Shown: positions 37,646-49,450 of the stretch, piece by piece
Numbering within the stretch: the stretch's first letter is position 1
How the letters are laid out: each line of letters opens with the position of its first letter
Assembly (NCBI GenBank): GCA_013265495.1
Contig: MU057809.1
Span: 1,231,062-1,295,061, forward strand
Reading direction: 5' to 3'
From: Vicugna vicugna
Taxonomy: Eukaryota
Length of the DNA: 64,000 nucleotides
Program-made: the position numbers and the translations under genes
Notes under the pieces: model-generated
Database searches by the model: none
Told to the model about the DNA's origin: nothing
What the model saw: only the letters and a program-made list of their open reading frames with translations

Positions 37646-39419
37646 CGTTTCAGAAGGGCGCTCCAGCCCGCCTGCCGCAGCCCCAGGTCCTGGTCACCTG
37701 CAGCCAGGTGTCCCGAATCCTTCCAGAGATGGTCAGTGAACGGTGAGGGTCCGCATGTCTAGTCTGTTTGTTCCGGTGACGGAGCAGACCTTGCCACCTG
37801 CGGGCTGCTGCCCTCACTGACGCAGCCAGCGCCCCCCTGGAACCTCTGCGCTGCAGGCGGCTCCCTGCGTGGAACCTCTGGCCACGGGCGCCTGCAGGGC
37901 CTGCACTGACAGGGAACGCCCACAGCACTGGGGCTGAGGGCCTCCTGCTCTCCTCGTGGGAGCTGTGCTGGGGGCCCCAGGCGGTGGCGAGTTTTGCTGC
38001 TCAAGCCAGCTCTCCACCCTAAGCAGAGCACACTGCCCTGTTGGCCCCCAGCCTCCTGGGTCAGGCGGTGCTTGTGGTGTCCATAAACGGGTCACTAGTC
38101 AGCCCGAAGCAGGAGTCAGATGAGGTGAGGTGCAGGGACCCCGACCGGGGTGTGCTGTGGGGGCCAGGCCAGGCTGGAGGTGTGCACAAAGCCTGCAGGC
38201 CTGCGCTCCTCAGCAGGGGAGGGGGTGTGCAGGGGTGCGCGTCGACCACGTGCGGCCAGGCGTCGCACACCCGCGCAATCACCCCACTATGCAGAATTGG
38301 AAACTGAGGCTCAGAAAGGTGGTCGTTTCCAGGTGGGGCCTGGCCCTGGGCTCTGCAGTGAATGAGACAGGGAGGGCCGGCCGTGCCTGGCCCTGCCTGC
38401 CTCAGCACCTGGCCTCGGGCCTAGGCTGTCACTGCGGGAACTCAAAGCTCGGGCCCAGGAACTCAGACCCCACCCTGTCCTGGCTCTGGGCCTGGGACCC
38501 TGCAATGTCTGGCGCCCTCTGCTGGTCAGTCTGTTCCTCACGGGCCGAGAGGATTTAGGAGGGGCTGAAACGCTGGGGCCGAGGGGCAGGAAGGCACCCC
38601 TACCCTGGGACGACCAGTAGCCCTGTCCTGGTGGGGTGAAACAGGGCACACGTGGGTTTAGAGCCGAAGTCTTGAACTGGTCACCCCCACGGCAGCTTGG
38701 AGGTTGATACCTTGTTTAGTTTCACTTCAGTGGCCAATATTTAAAAACAAAGGTGATCAGACAGCAACTTAACTTCAGTTTTTTAATAAATCAGAGTATC
38801 TGCTCACTCTGGAGCCACGTTTTCCTGTGCGTAGTTGGAAGAAGCTGAGAACGATAGGGTATGTACTTTCCCGTTAGCCACAGACCCCGCCAATCCCTGT
38901 TGACCTACACCCACCTGCCTCATTCAGTCATGTGACCCTGTGGGCATTTGAACTCTGTCCTCGACCATCAGAGAGCCTGGTGCCTTTGGATAGTCAGTGG
39001 CGTTGGAAGCCTGCAGCCCTGACTCCCCAAGGGCCACAGCCTTCTCACCAAAACAGCTGTCTCCCCAGACAGGCCCAGCCCAGCAGATCTGCCCCCTACC
39101 CGAAACACCAGAGAATGGAGGGGAAGACAGCTCCTCCTAGAGATGTGGCTCAGCCTGCCAGGAGCAGGGGGCCGCCCGGGTCGACCTCTTACAGCTCCTT
39201 TAGCTGGAACACATCTGGCTGATGCCTTTGGATCTCTGAAGGGTATCAAGGAATGTGTGGGCTCCTTCCAAGGGGCTTCTGCTGTGGCACAGAGCAGGGA
39301 CAGGAATGTGTCGGGGAGGAGCAGGATTTGCTTCCAGTCAGCAGGGAGATAGGCTGTTATGGTAGGTAGGGACCTGCCTGGCCCCAGGAGGGTTCAAGCA
39401 GGGTCTGGTTCCATTATTT

Positions 39420-39800
39420 CACAGACATTTACTGGCATCTACAATGTGTCAGGCTCTGTTCCAGGTATGAGGAATCCGGTAGTGAGCACGCAGGCCGGCT
39501 GGCCCATGTCCTGGAGCTGACTGTCCAGTGGGGGAGAGAGAGCCGGCAAACCTGTGAGCAGGCAAACCCATGAGCTGTGATTTGCTGCTTGAGAACAAGT
39601 GTAACAGTGGTGGAGGGTAAGCTCAGCCAGGGATGACAGAGGTCCTTCTGAGGAGGCAGCGACTAGGAGAGAGGCCTGAATAGTGAGGAGGAGCTGACCA
39701 GGCTGGGCCCCGGGGAAGAGTGCAGGGAGGTGCCAGTGCAAAGGCCCTGAGGCAGAGATGGCTCAATGTGTTCCGGGATTGGAAGGAGGTGGATGGGCCA
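39420..39800 (-). mobile_element. L2 fragment
   Basis: acatttactggcatctacaatgtgtcaggctctg...ccagtgcaaaggccctgaggcag. Confidence 0.65.
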
Positions 39801-42012
39801 GGGGAGGCCTGAAGCCAGAGGTGCCGGGCCTCTGGGTGCAGGGTGGGTGGTTGGGCTTGTTCTCGTCTCCGAAGTACAGGGGCCAGTTTAAACAGGACGA
39901 GGTTGCAGTAGAAGCCTCTCTGATTCCACGGCCCCTCTTGGTGGGGGCAGGGGGGGGCATCACTAGCTTGCTCAAGGCTGTAAGTTGTTTTTGCCAAATC
40001 AACCATTTATTTATTCACTCAGTCATTCAGCAAACATTTCCAGAGCTCTGCTCTGGGGCAGCTGGGGCCGAGTCAGGAGTAAGACCTGGTTACCAATCTC
40101 TGGAAGAGGCAGTGTGATGGGGGCAGCGGGTAGAGGGAAGCAGAGGGCATAAGAGCCCAGCCCAAGGTCAGGGAGGCCTTCCCAGAGGAGGTATCATCTG
40201 AGTCGAGGGACCAGCTGGCAGTTCTGGACACAGGGCTGTAGTGCTAGGCTGAGGGGCAGTTGCAGGTGGGCACCCACCCTGCGCTGAGGGCAGTGGAGTC
40301 ACAGAAGGGTTACCGTGAGGCACGTAGCCCCTGCAGCAGGAACCTCTGAGATGGTAGCTCCCTGCACCCCATTCCACAGCTGAGGAGACTGAGGCCCGAG
40401 GCTGCAGTGGGTCTGGGGCCTTGAGGACTGATTTGCCCCCAGAAATGCTGATTCGAGGCTGACGAAACTCAGGGCCAACGTCGAGGGGTGGTGTGTGTGT
40501 GAGATGGGGTGTGTGTATAATGGGGTGTCTGTGTGTGTGTGGGTGTGTGTGAAGTCCATCAGATCTGGATTTTTTGGCTCCATTCCCTCATCTGCTGAGC
40601 AACCCTAGGCAACTCACTTAACCTCTCTGAGCCTGTGTCACATCTGTAATAGGAGTGCTGCTCTCCATACGCGGCCACGTTCTTGGAGATGGTACAGACC
40701 TGGCCCTGGGGTGGAGCCCAGCAAATTCAGAGACTGTGAGTCTGACTCCGAGCCCAGGAGGGCTGTCCCCCAGGCTCAGCAGACAGCGCAGCCCGGCTCG
40801 CCAGCCCCCAGCCCCTCCCAGCTGACACAAAAAGCCAGACCTCCCGCAGGAGGGGGCGGGAAGGGGCTGCTGGGCCAGCTGGGCTGTGGACACAGGCGGG
40901 GAAGTGAGCGGCGACAGGAAGGAAGCCGCACCGCTGGAGTCTGGGGCCACCATTGTCTCACCTGGGGTGGGGGCACTGCCGTCTCCCCTCTGTCCTGCTC
41001 AGTGGCCGCCCGCCCGAGATGGCCCCTCAGCTCTGGAGGGTGGTGGGGGTGACAGCGCCCTCCCCTCTCGGGGCCCTACCCTGCTTCTGACTTCTTCCCC
41101 CACCCAGCCTCAGTTTCCCCATCTGTAAAATCTTAGAGGGCAAGATGTCTGGGCCAGGTCTGTGTACTGCCCGGACTTCCTCACCAGGGGACCTCATGAC
41201 ATCTCTCTAGCACCTCACCTGAGCCAGCTCGTTGGAGCCTCACGGTTCCCGACGAGCTGAGGGCTGTACTCGCCCACAGAAGTTCCGGGACTGGCCCAGG
41301 GTCTCACGCCAGGGCAGCAGTGCTGGGACTCGACACCCCTCCCTCCACCCCATCTGCGCTCTCACTGACCTGCCTCCTTTCTTTACATGAGCCACCTGTA
41401 AAGGTCAGATCCCTGTTGAGCCTCACCCTGAACGGTGGCACCTCCAGTTTAAGGTAGACAGAGGTGGCCGGGTGAGCTGGGGTCTGCAGCCAGAGCAGGG
41501 AGGCTCCCGGCTGTGCTCGGTCGCCCCAGACACAGCCCCCCAGGGCTCCCTCACCCCCACCACACACACAGAAGGGGGCAGGGACAGGTGGGACCCCTTC
41601 CCTCCACCCTACAAGACAGGTAAGGAGGAAGCTCTGGGAATCCCCAGCAGGCTGTCGGGGCTGGGCAGACACACCCTGGGGCCCAGGTGGAGCCGGAGGG
41701 GTGGGAGCCCAGTGTCCTGGGTGAGGACCAGCTGCGCCCTTCCGGCCCATGGCCGGGGGCCCTACCCTCCTTGGATCTCATCACTGCTCCCACCCCAGCC
41801 CAGGCCGGGGCCTCCCCACAAGCCTCTGTCCCTTCTGGCCCCGCCCCAGCCCCTCAGTGTTCTGGGGATGAGGCGAGCGATCAGACCATCCCCAGGACAT
41901 AGGTCTCAGGGACCCCGGCCCCTAGCCCTGGTGTCCAGGGCTGCGCCGAATCATGCCCCACCCCGGCCCATCCCCCTCTCACAGCGGCCACGCTCCTGCA
42001 GCCTGCTCAGAC

Positions 42013-42018
42013 TTTATT
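42013..42018 (-). terminator. GRIFIN: GRIFIN polyadenylation signal AATAAA
   Basis: tttatt on the + strand, ~125 nt downstream of the stop codon. Confidence 0.85.
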
Positions 42019-42141
42019 GAAGGTGGAGCTGGAATGGGGAGCCCAGAACCACAGACCCCTCCCACCAGCTTCCTCCCGGGAGCTTCACTGGACGCGGGAT
42101 GGCCAACGGCCAAGGCTCACTCCTGGGGCTTCGGGCACAGC

Positions 42142-42157
42142 TCAGTAACCCCCATCC
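42142..42157 (-). CDS. GRIFIN: GRIFIN exon 5 coding part (GDGGY*)
   Basis: ttgtttgcag|G GAT GGG GGT TAC TGA; phase-compatible with exon 4 and similar to the human GDRGY terminus as I recall it. Confidence 0.85.
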
Positions 42158-43649
42158 CTGCAAACAACCGAGATGCCCGCCTCAGCTACAGCCCCACCCC
42201 CGGCACAGACCCCCTGGGAGGTGGACCGTGGCCCTGCTCCACCAGCTTGCAGAGCAGTAGGGCGGGAGGACCAGGCCCACAGCCTCCCCTGGGCCAGGGG
42301 GGTCCTGGGGAGAGCTGCTGCCGAGGGCGGGGCGGGCAGCTTACCCCCAGCTCAGGCCTTTCCTGGCCAGCTCCACCTGGGCCAGGCGATGGTCGCTTAG
42401 CACCTGCACCCGCGTGACGGCGGCCAGTGGCCTGTGGCGGTGGGCGAACTGCAGCACCTTGTGCTCCTGGGCGTGCACGTGGAAGTGCTCCGCGTCCGAG
42501 CTGACCTCCATCTGGGGGCAGAAGCCAGTGACCCGCGGCCCGCTGGGCCCGCGCCCTGCTCCTGCGCTGAGCTCCGAGGGCTCTGAGTCCAGGAAGCATA
42601 GGCGGGGGGGGGGGGGCCCGGGGCCNNNNNNNNNNNNNNNNNNNNNNNNNNNNNNNNNNNNNNNNNNNNNNNNNNNNNNNNNNNNNNNNNNNNNNNNNNN
42701 NNNNNNNNNNNNNNNNNNNNNNNNNNNNNNNNNNNNNNNNNNNNNNNNNNNNNNNNNNNNNNNNNNNNNNNNNNNNNNNNNNNNNNNNNNNNNNNNNNNN
42801 NNNNNNNNNNNNNNNNNNNNNNNNNNNNNNNNNNNNNNNNNNNNNNNNNNNNNNNNNNNNNNNNNNNNNNNNNNNNNNNNNNNNNNNNNNNNNNNNNNNN
42901 NNNNNNNNNNNNNNNNNNNNNNNNNNNNNNNNNNNNNNNNNNNNNNNNNNNNNNNNNNNNNNNNNNNNNNNNNNNNNNNNNNNNNNNNNNNNNNNNNNNN
43001 NNNNNNNNNNGGCCCTCGCCCCCACCCCCATCACCTCGAAGGGCTCCCCGAGCACCAGCGGGAAGACGCTGGACACCTCCTCCTGGCCCCAGCGGCCCCC
43101 CTGGAAGGTGTTGGCCACCATGGTGGCACTGGAGAACCGGGGCTTGATGTGGAAGACGATGTCCCCCGCCTCGGATAGGAAGTTGATCTCAAACCTGGGG
43201 GCACCACAGGGCTTGTGAGAGCAGCAGACAGCCGGGAGTCACCCCACCCAAGGCCAAGGACGGGACCCTGGGAGGGCAGTGGTCCTTACTTGTCCTCTCC
43301 AGAGTCAGAGTGTCCCTGGACCAGCAGGTTCCAGCCCGGGGCCAGGCCCCCTGCATAGAAGGCTTCAAACTGCAGAGGAAAGAGGACAGGGGCCCTGGGT
43401 CTGTGGCCTCTTCCCCCTGGTACCCCCTTGTCCAGGAGCCCCCCAGGGTGTGCTCTTGGCCGGGACCCTGCCCTCTGAGCAACGTTCCTCTCACGACGAG
43501 GTGGCAGGGCTCCTTCGCCCCGTGCCCCCTCAGCGTGGGGGTCTGGTGGGAGGGCAGCTCTGTGGGCCAGCAGCACAGCTGACTGGGGTGCCCCATCTGG
43601 CCCCGCGCCCTTCTCCCCGAGTCCCGGGCTCACCCACCTGCAGTGCCAT
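42142..43649 (-). CDS. GRIFIN: Galectin-related inter-fiber protein, 144 aa; join of 43638-43649, 43290-43369, 43035-43194, 42345-42511, 42142-42157
   Basis: Manual splicing with GT-AG introns and consistent phases gives MALQFEAFYAGGLAPGWNLLVQGHSDSGEDKFEINFLSEAGDIVFHIKPRFSSATMVANTFQGGRWGQEEVSSVFPLVLGEPFEMEVSSDAEHFHVHAQEHKVLQFAHRHRPLAAVTRVQVLSDHRLAQVELARKGLSWGDGGY*, a single galectin CRD with the GRIFIN signature FHIKPRF / WGxEEV. Confidence 0.95.
42345..42511 (-). CDS. GRIFIN: GRIFIN exon 4 (167 nt)
   Basis: gcccccag|ATGGAGGTC...AGCTGGGG|gtaagc; encodes MEVSSDAEHFHV...KGLSW. Confidence 0.93.
42626..43010. other. Assembly gap (385 N) inside GRIFIN intron 3
   Basis: N run shortly after a G13 tract. 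Confidence 1.
43035..43194 (-). CDS. GRIFIN: GRIFIN exon 3 (160 nt)
   Basis: gcccccag|GTTTGAGATC...CCCTTCGAG|gtgatg; encodes the CRD core including FHIKPRF and WGQEEV. Confidence 0.95.
43290..43369 (-). CDS. GRIFIN: GRIFIN exon 2 (80 nt)
   Basis: ttcctctgcag|TTTGAAGCC...GGAGAGGACAA|gtaagg; encodes FEAFYAGGLAPGWNLLVQGHSDSGED. Confidence 0.93.
43638..43649 (-). CDS. GRIFIN: GRIFIN exon 1 coding part (MALQ)
   Basis: gagATGGCACTGCAG|gtgggt; good Kozak context and a GT donor. Confidence 0.85.
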
Positions 43650-43684
43650 CTCTCCAGCTTCTGCTGGTGGGCAGAGCGAGTTAG

Positions 43685-43745
43685 GGGATATAGGCAGGCG
43701 GGCTGGGCGGGGGAGCTGGAGCCCCACCCGGGGCAGGGGTGGCCT
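43685..43745 (-). promoter_or_regulatory. GRIFIN: GRIFIN core promoter candidate: TATA-like CTATAT and GC-rich boxes (second copy at ~44613-44673)
   Basis: Minus strand reads cgcctgccTATATcccc about 40 nt upstream of the ATG, preceded by CCCCGCCC-type boxes. Confidence 0.55.
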
Positions 43746-43769
43746 GATGAGCGCACTGTGCCCTTCCCT

Positions 43770-43816
43770 NNNNNNNNNNNNNNNNNNNNNNNNNNNNNNN
43801 NNNNNNNNNNNNNNNN
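43770..43816. other. Assembly gap (47 N) between the two GRIFIN 5' copies
   Basis: N run followed by a G13 tract. Confidence 1.
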
Positions 43817-44132
43817 GGGGGGGGGGGGGCCCGGGGTCCCCTCGGCACGTGGAGCTCCCGTCATGCAGGCCATCCCACGGGAGTTCTGAGCCCCCGGCTG
43901 GGAGTCCCCTCCTCTCTCAGAGAGGTAGCTGGTGGCCAAGGGGTGGGCATCCCGTTGCACCCCCAGACCCAGCAGTGAGACTCCCGCACTGGCCCTGCAG
44001 GCATCTGCAATAAGCCCCCTCCCCCGGGACCCCAGGTGGGGGCAGCAGTGCTGTGGCAGCCAGGGACACAGGGAGCCCCACAAAGCCACAGGCACCCCGC
44101 CCCCCACCACCCTGCCCCACCCACCCCATGGA

Positions 44133-44697
44133 CACAGGGCTTGTGAGAGCAGCAGACAGCCGGGAGTCACCCCACCCAAGGCCAAGGACGGGACCCTGGG
44201 AGGGCAGTGGTCCTTACTTGTCCTCTCCAGAGTCAGAGTGTCCCTGGACCAGCAGGTTCCAGCCCGGGGCCAGGCCCCCTGCATAGAAGGCTTCAAACTG
44301 CAGAGGAAAGAGGACAGGGGCCCTGGGTCTGTGGCCTCTTCCCCCTGGTACCCCCTTGTCCAGGAGCCCCCCAGGGTGTGCTCTTGGCCGGGACCCTGCC
44401 CTCTGAGCAATGTTCCTCTCACGACGAGGTGGCAGGGCTCCTTCGCCCCGTGCCCCCTCAGCGTGGGGGTCTGGTGGGAGGGCAGCTCTGTGGGCCAGCA
44501 GCACAGCTGACTGGGGTGCCCCATCTGGCCCCGCGCCCTTCTCCCCGAGTCCCGGGCTCACCCACCTGCAGTGCCATCTCTCCAGCTTCTGCTGGTGGGC
44601 AGAGCGAGTTAGGGGATATAGGCAGGCGGGCTGGGCGGGGGAGCTGGAGCCCCACCCGGGGCAGGGGTGGCCTGATGAGCGCACTGTGCCCTTCCCT
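44133..44697 (-). repeat. GRIFIN: 565-bp direct duplicate of 43205-43769 carrying GRIFIN exon 1 (44566-44577), exon 2 (44218-44297) and the core promoter
   Basis: Constant offset of 928 bp; I saw one mismatch (C43483 vs T44411); the first copy ends at an N gap. Confidence 0.95.
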
Positions 44698-47600
44698 GCC
44701 CCCCTTCCCCCTCCCTCCTCGGCCTTTTCCCCTCCCCCCAGCAGGTCCCCCATTCATGCACCAGGGAAAGGGTGACCCCCAGCCTGCTCCCCACCCCCAC
44801 TTCCTCAGGGGTCTGTGTGGCTCTCAAACTTCACTTCTTGGGATCCTTCAGACACCTAGGAAAGCAGCTTCTCCCTGGTTCTTGCAGAAAGGGTGTGGCT
44901 GAGGCTGCCCCCCACCCAGCCTCTTCTTCCAGAATCTCTAGCCCCAGGCTCCCAGGGACCCAAACCCTCCCATCTGGTCAAGCAAGGCAGTGGGGAGGCC
45001 TACCAGTCCTTCCCTGGCCTTGGGGGCTGTCTGACCACCTGGTGCTTCCAGCCCAGGCCCCCCAGCCCAGCCTGGCCTCCCCGCGCCACCCCGCTCCCGC
45101 GGCTCCGCTGGCCCCACGGGACAGGGCTGGGATTAGGCTGGCCGCTGTGCTCAGCGCATTCCAGGGCTCTGGCGGATGGACGGGATGGGGGAGGGCCTTT
45201 CCCACACCCCCATGCCCCTCCTGGCCTGCCTCCTGGGCCCCTCTCAGCTGAGCTGGGGAGGGGGCCAAGCTGGGGCCCTGGGGGGACGGGCAGAATCTCC
45301 CCAGCCTTTCGGGGCCACCGTGGGGGCCTCTTGGCTGGACTGTCCAGGGAGCCACCTAGAGAGGAGCTGGGCTGGGCGCACGGACCACCAGGGCTGCTGT
45401 GTGCGGTGAGCATGCGGGCGGTGTGCAGTGAGCAGGTGGGGGAGTGCGTGAGTAAGTGTGCGGGTGCCCCTGTGGGTGTGGTGATGAGAACGTAAGCAGG
45501 TAGGAGCGTGGGACGGGGTAGAAACTCAAGTGTGTGTGGACAGTGAGCCCCTGGGGGCGCAAGGTGTCCTGCGCAAGTATGAGCGTGGCTCCGGGTGTCC
45601 CTGCTGCCTCCCTGCGCAGTGCATCTCGGGGGGACGGGCACTTTCCGGCCCCCAGGCTTCGAGGAGCATGGGCCAGGACTGCCAGCCCCGTGTAACCCCA
45701 GCGCTCTCCTCTGGCTTTTCTCCCCTCCAGCCCCTGGTGGGCCCAGCCCGGCCTCTCCCCTGTGTGATGACGGGCGTGTGCTGTCGTTTTTGATTAAAGG
45801 GTAATGCCAAGGCCAGGAGGGGACACAGAGATGGCCCTGGCTGCCTGTGGGCAGCGCCGTCCCTCCCTGCCGCGCTGGGCAGAGTTGGCAGGGCCTGCAG
45901 GGGGCAGCCCTGGGCAGCGGAGGTGAGGCTGCAGGAGCCTGTCCACTCTGGTGTCCCGGCTCAGATACGGGCCTGCCTGCACGTCCGAGTCCCACCCAAC
46001 CCAGCCTGGCCGTCCCGGGGCCCGCAGGCTGCGAGCTCCTCACGTCTGCCCTGCCACAAGGGGCACAGAGAGAGGACCCCCTGTCCCCGCAGCCCAGCAG
46101 GAGGGTGAAGCCCCATCCTGCCTCTGCACCTGCCTGTCCTGTCCCCTGCCCAGCTGCTATGCGGGGACACGGAGCCTGGACTCTGGGCACAGCACTGGCC
46201 AGGGCAGAGCATGCGGTCAAGGGTCCGGAGCAGGCTTCCAACCAACTGGGCAACCTCGAGCCGGCAGCCACTGGGCCTGCCTTCCCGGCTGGGTACTGCT
46301 CTCAGCAGCTCTGTTGCCTGGGCTGCCCCTGCTCCCGGCCTGTCCCCTGGGTGGGAGGGGGCAGCCAGGGGTGACCACAGCCCTGGCTGGGCACAGCAGC
46401 CCGGGCCACCGTCTCCTGTCTTTGCAGTTAGCAGAGGCTTTACCGGGGGACCCTCAGGAGTCAGCGGCCTGGGGCCCCAGCTGGGCACTTGGGGCCTGGG
46501 GCGGGCCCTGGCCTGGGGTGAGGAGCCAGAGGACCCCTGATTCGGGCAGGCCTGTCCTGCTCCGAGCCGCAGCTTGCCCGTCTGGGCAAGGGGGCAGTGC
46601 TGCAGGCAGCCCACTGAGCCTGCCTGTTGGCTGCAGCCCGGCGATCTCAGAGAGCCCGCCGGGACAAAGCTGACTCTGGGCCTCCGCCCACCTCGGGACA
46701 CCTGTACCCGGCATGAGCCCGCACCCGGCCAGGCCTGCGGTCTCAGCCCACCTGCTGTGCCTTTGGAATCTCTCCCACGTGGGGTGGGAGCCAGGGTCAG
46801 CCAAAGCTCCCGGCGACTGGGATGGCCAAGGGACCAGAGGCCCCAGTGGGGCTGGGGGCTGGACGTGGGACGCCGAGGCCTACGTGGCTGGCCTAGCCCG
46901 GGCACACCCCCCGCTCACGGAGTTCTGGGCTCCTGAGGTGGGAGCAGTGCCCCCACCCTGAGCTGCTAGCCAGCCAAGACAGGGTGCTGTGGCTCGGTGC
47001 CCCAGGAACAAACAGACCTGCCCGGCCAGACTGCGCCTCCTCCCGGATGTGCGGCTTGGCCCTGGGCTGGGGACTTCCAGAAGCTCCGGAGGAGGCGGCA
47101 GGGTGTCCACCCAGCTCCAGGGATGGCGGCTGGGGCTCAGAGGCCCGTGCTCAGCCCCGGGGCCTCCGTCACAGGTGATGCCTGGCGCAGGGCTGGTGCG
47201 CAGAGATCCCCGGAAGGTAAACCCCGCCCCAGGCCCCAGTGCTGACCACCATCCCCGGGAGCCCGCTCTGCAAGCGCTCGGTTAAGATCTTCACGTGCAC
47301 CGTCACATGTACCGCGCTGGGGGTTAGGGCACAGAGAAGTTAAGCACGTTGCACGAGGACACAGAGCTAGGGGGTGACAAAGCTAGGACTTGAACCCAGC
47401 AGTCTGCCCTGGGACGTGGAGCCCCTCACCAAGCCAGGATGGGGGGTTGTCAGGGTCGACTTCCTGGAGGAGGAGGCAGCTAAAGCTGATCTTGAAGAGT
47501 GAGTAAGGATCAGAAGGTGGGAGAGAAGGGCGCTCAGGGAGGGAGGAGCAAGGGCAGGGTGGCTGGGTGTGGCGCCAGCAGGGCTGTGCTGGAGGCAGGG

Positions 47601-49079
47601 CCTGGCGTGGGGGTGTCCACGCCAGGAGAGTCTGGCACTCAGTAGTGGCCCCCGAGGCCTCGGGCACAAAGCCCCCCAGGACAACATAATGAGGATTCCC
47701 TCATCTTTTGGGGAGGCTAGCACGGCTTTTGTGGGCTTCCGAGAGTGGGGCATCACCGCGCCCACTTGAGCAATGAGGAGCCTGAGGTCAGACAAAAGGA
47801 CCCCCACCCCAGAGCCCCACAGGGAAGGTTGGCGGCAACAGGACGTGAGGGCCGCGTCTGGACTCCCAGTCCAGTGCTCTTCTCAGCCCCCCGTCCTCTC
47901 GTGTCTGGCACCCCTACCCCAGCATGAGCACCCAGCTTGGCCTAACAGCGGCCAATTTCGTGGGGGTGGGGGGTCTCGGGCCAGGCCAGGCTGCCTTCAG
48001 AGCCATCCTTGGGCTCCAAGACTTTCCCAGGACCCCCCACCCCGCCCCCAGCCCACATCTGGAACCGCTTGTTAACAGTGAGGTCAGCACGGAAATTCTC
48101 AGTCCCCACTTGGCAAGGAGGCACCGGCAGCTTCCGCCGGGCATGGGCTCGCACCGGGCCCCAGACACACTGCTTCTGGCCAGCTCGCCCCCGGCTGGGC
48201 CTTGGCAGCCTTGACACACAGTGTCACCTCTTCACCCCTTGCGGGGGCCACAGCCTGAGTGTGCCCTCAGGATCAACAGAGAGTGAGGACAGTTTGAAAG
48301 CACCGTGTCGCCCTTACCCAGATGGGGAAACCGAGCCCAGGAGGCGAGGGGCTTGCTGGGAGCCAGCTCGGACAGCAGCGGGGGCCATGGAGCTCTGGCC
48401 TCTGCTGCCCCTCCCAGGCCCTTTGTAGGACCTTGGCTGTGGGCCTGTTAAAGGCTGGGGCTGCCCAGGGCTGGAAAGGGCTGCTCTGGGGCTGACAAGG
48501 ATGCCAAGGGTCTGGGGGGAGGACAGCAGGGTCCCCCATCCTGACACTCCCTCACCTGTCCCTTCTGCTTCCTCTGACAGCTTCCTGGCCACACCTGTCC
48601 CGGGCCTCGCTCCCTCACAGCTTAGATGAGTCTCGCAGAAAATCTTCCTGGCTCTCTTCCTCCTCTAACTCACTCTCTCAGAACAGAAGTCATTTTCAAT
48701 CCAAGTCATTTGTTGAGGCCCTACTGTGTGCCAGGAGCTGCCTCAGCCCCTCAGAGGTCCCTAGGGAAGGAAACAGGTCTGAGCCTGGTACATGTGGCTG
48801 CCTCCTCCCACTTGCCCGCCAGTACCCATGCAGCTCCTGGCACACAGTAGGTGCTCAAGAAGATGCAGTGACCATGCCATATGAGGTAGATGGAGGCCCC
48901 AGGCTCAGGGAAGGGAAATGTGAGAACAACCCAGGGAACTTAGCTCACCTTGGCCATAATCACTCTCACTTATCACCTGAGCTCCTACTGTGTGCTCAGT
49001 GCTGTGCTGGGTGCCTGCCATTCATTCTTCTGCAAGGTCACTTACCATCCCCACATCACTGATGGGGGAAAGGGATGCC

Positions 49080-49450
49080 CACTCAGCAAATGTTAGCTGA
49101 ACACATACTTTGTGCCAGACCCTGTACAGTGATTCAGAAGACAGACTGAGAGTCCTTGCCCTTACAGAGCTTCTGGTATCTGAGGGCAAACATTAAATGA
49201 CAAATCCAGCATCATATTATTGAATTATTATTACAATAAAAGCTTTGAAGGGAAAATATGGGGAGTGAAAATCACATATGGAGAGACCTGGCCTGATATG
49301 ATATGAGCTGGTCAGGGAAGACTTCCTGGAGGAGGTGACATTTAAGTTGAGCCCAGAAAAGAAGGAACTAGCCAGAAGAAGGAGGTGGAGAGGGTGTTGC
49401 TGGCAAAGGGAACAGCATGTGCAAAGGCCCTGAGGAGGGAAGGGCTAGGA
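49080..49450 (-). mobile_element. L2 fragment
   Basis: ggtcagggaagacttcctggaggaggtgacatttaagttgag...gggaacagcatgtgcaaaggccctgagg. Confidence 0.7.

Noticed and set aside
43286..44524. 412-aa ORF with an internal repeat
   Set aside because: Artefact of reading through N gaps and the duplicated segment; only the GRIFIN exon 2 portions are real coding sequence.
45000..46905. 423-aa and 314-aa minus-strand ORFs and overlapping plus-strand ORFs upstream of GRIFIN
   Set aside because: Pro/Gly/Ala/Arg-rich translations of very GC-rich DNA, open in several frames, with no motifs or codon bias.
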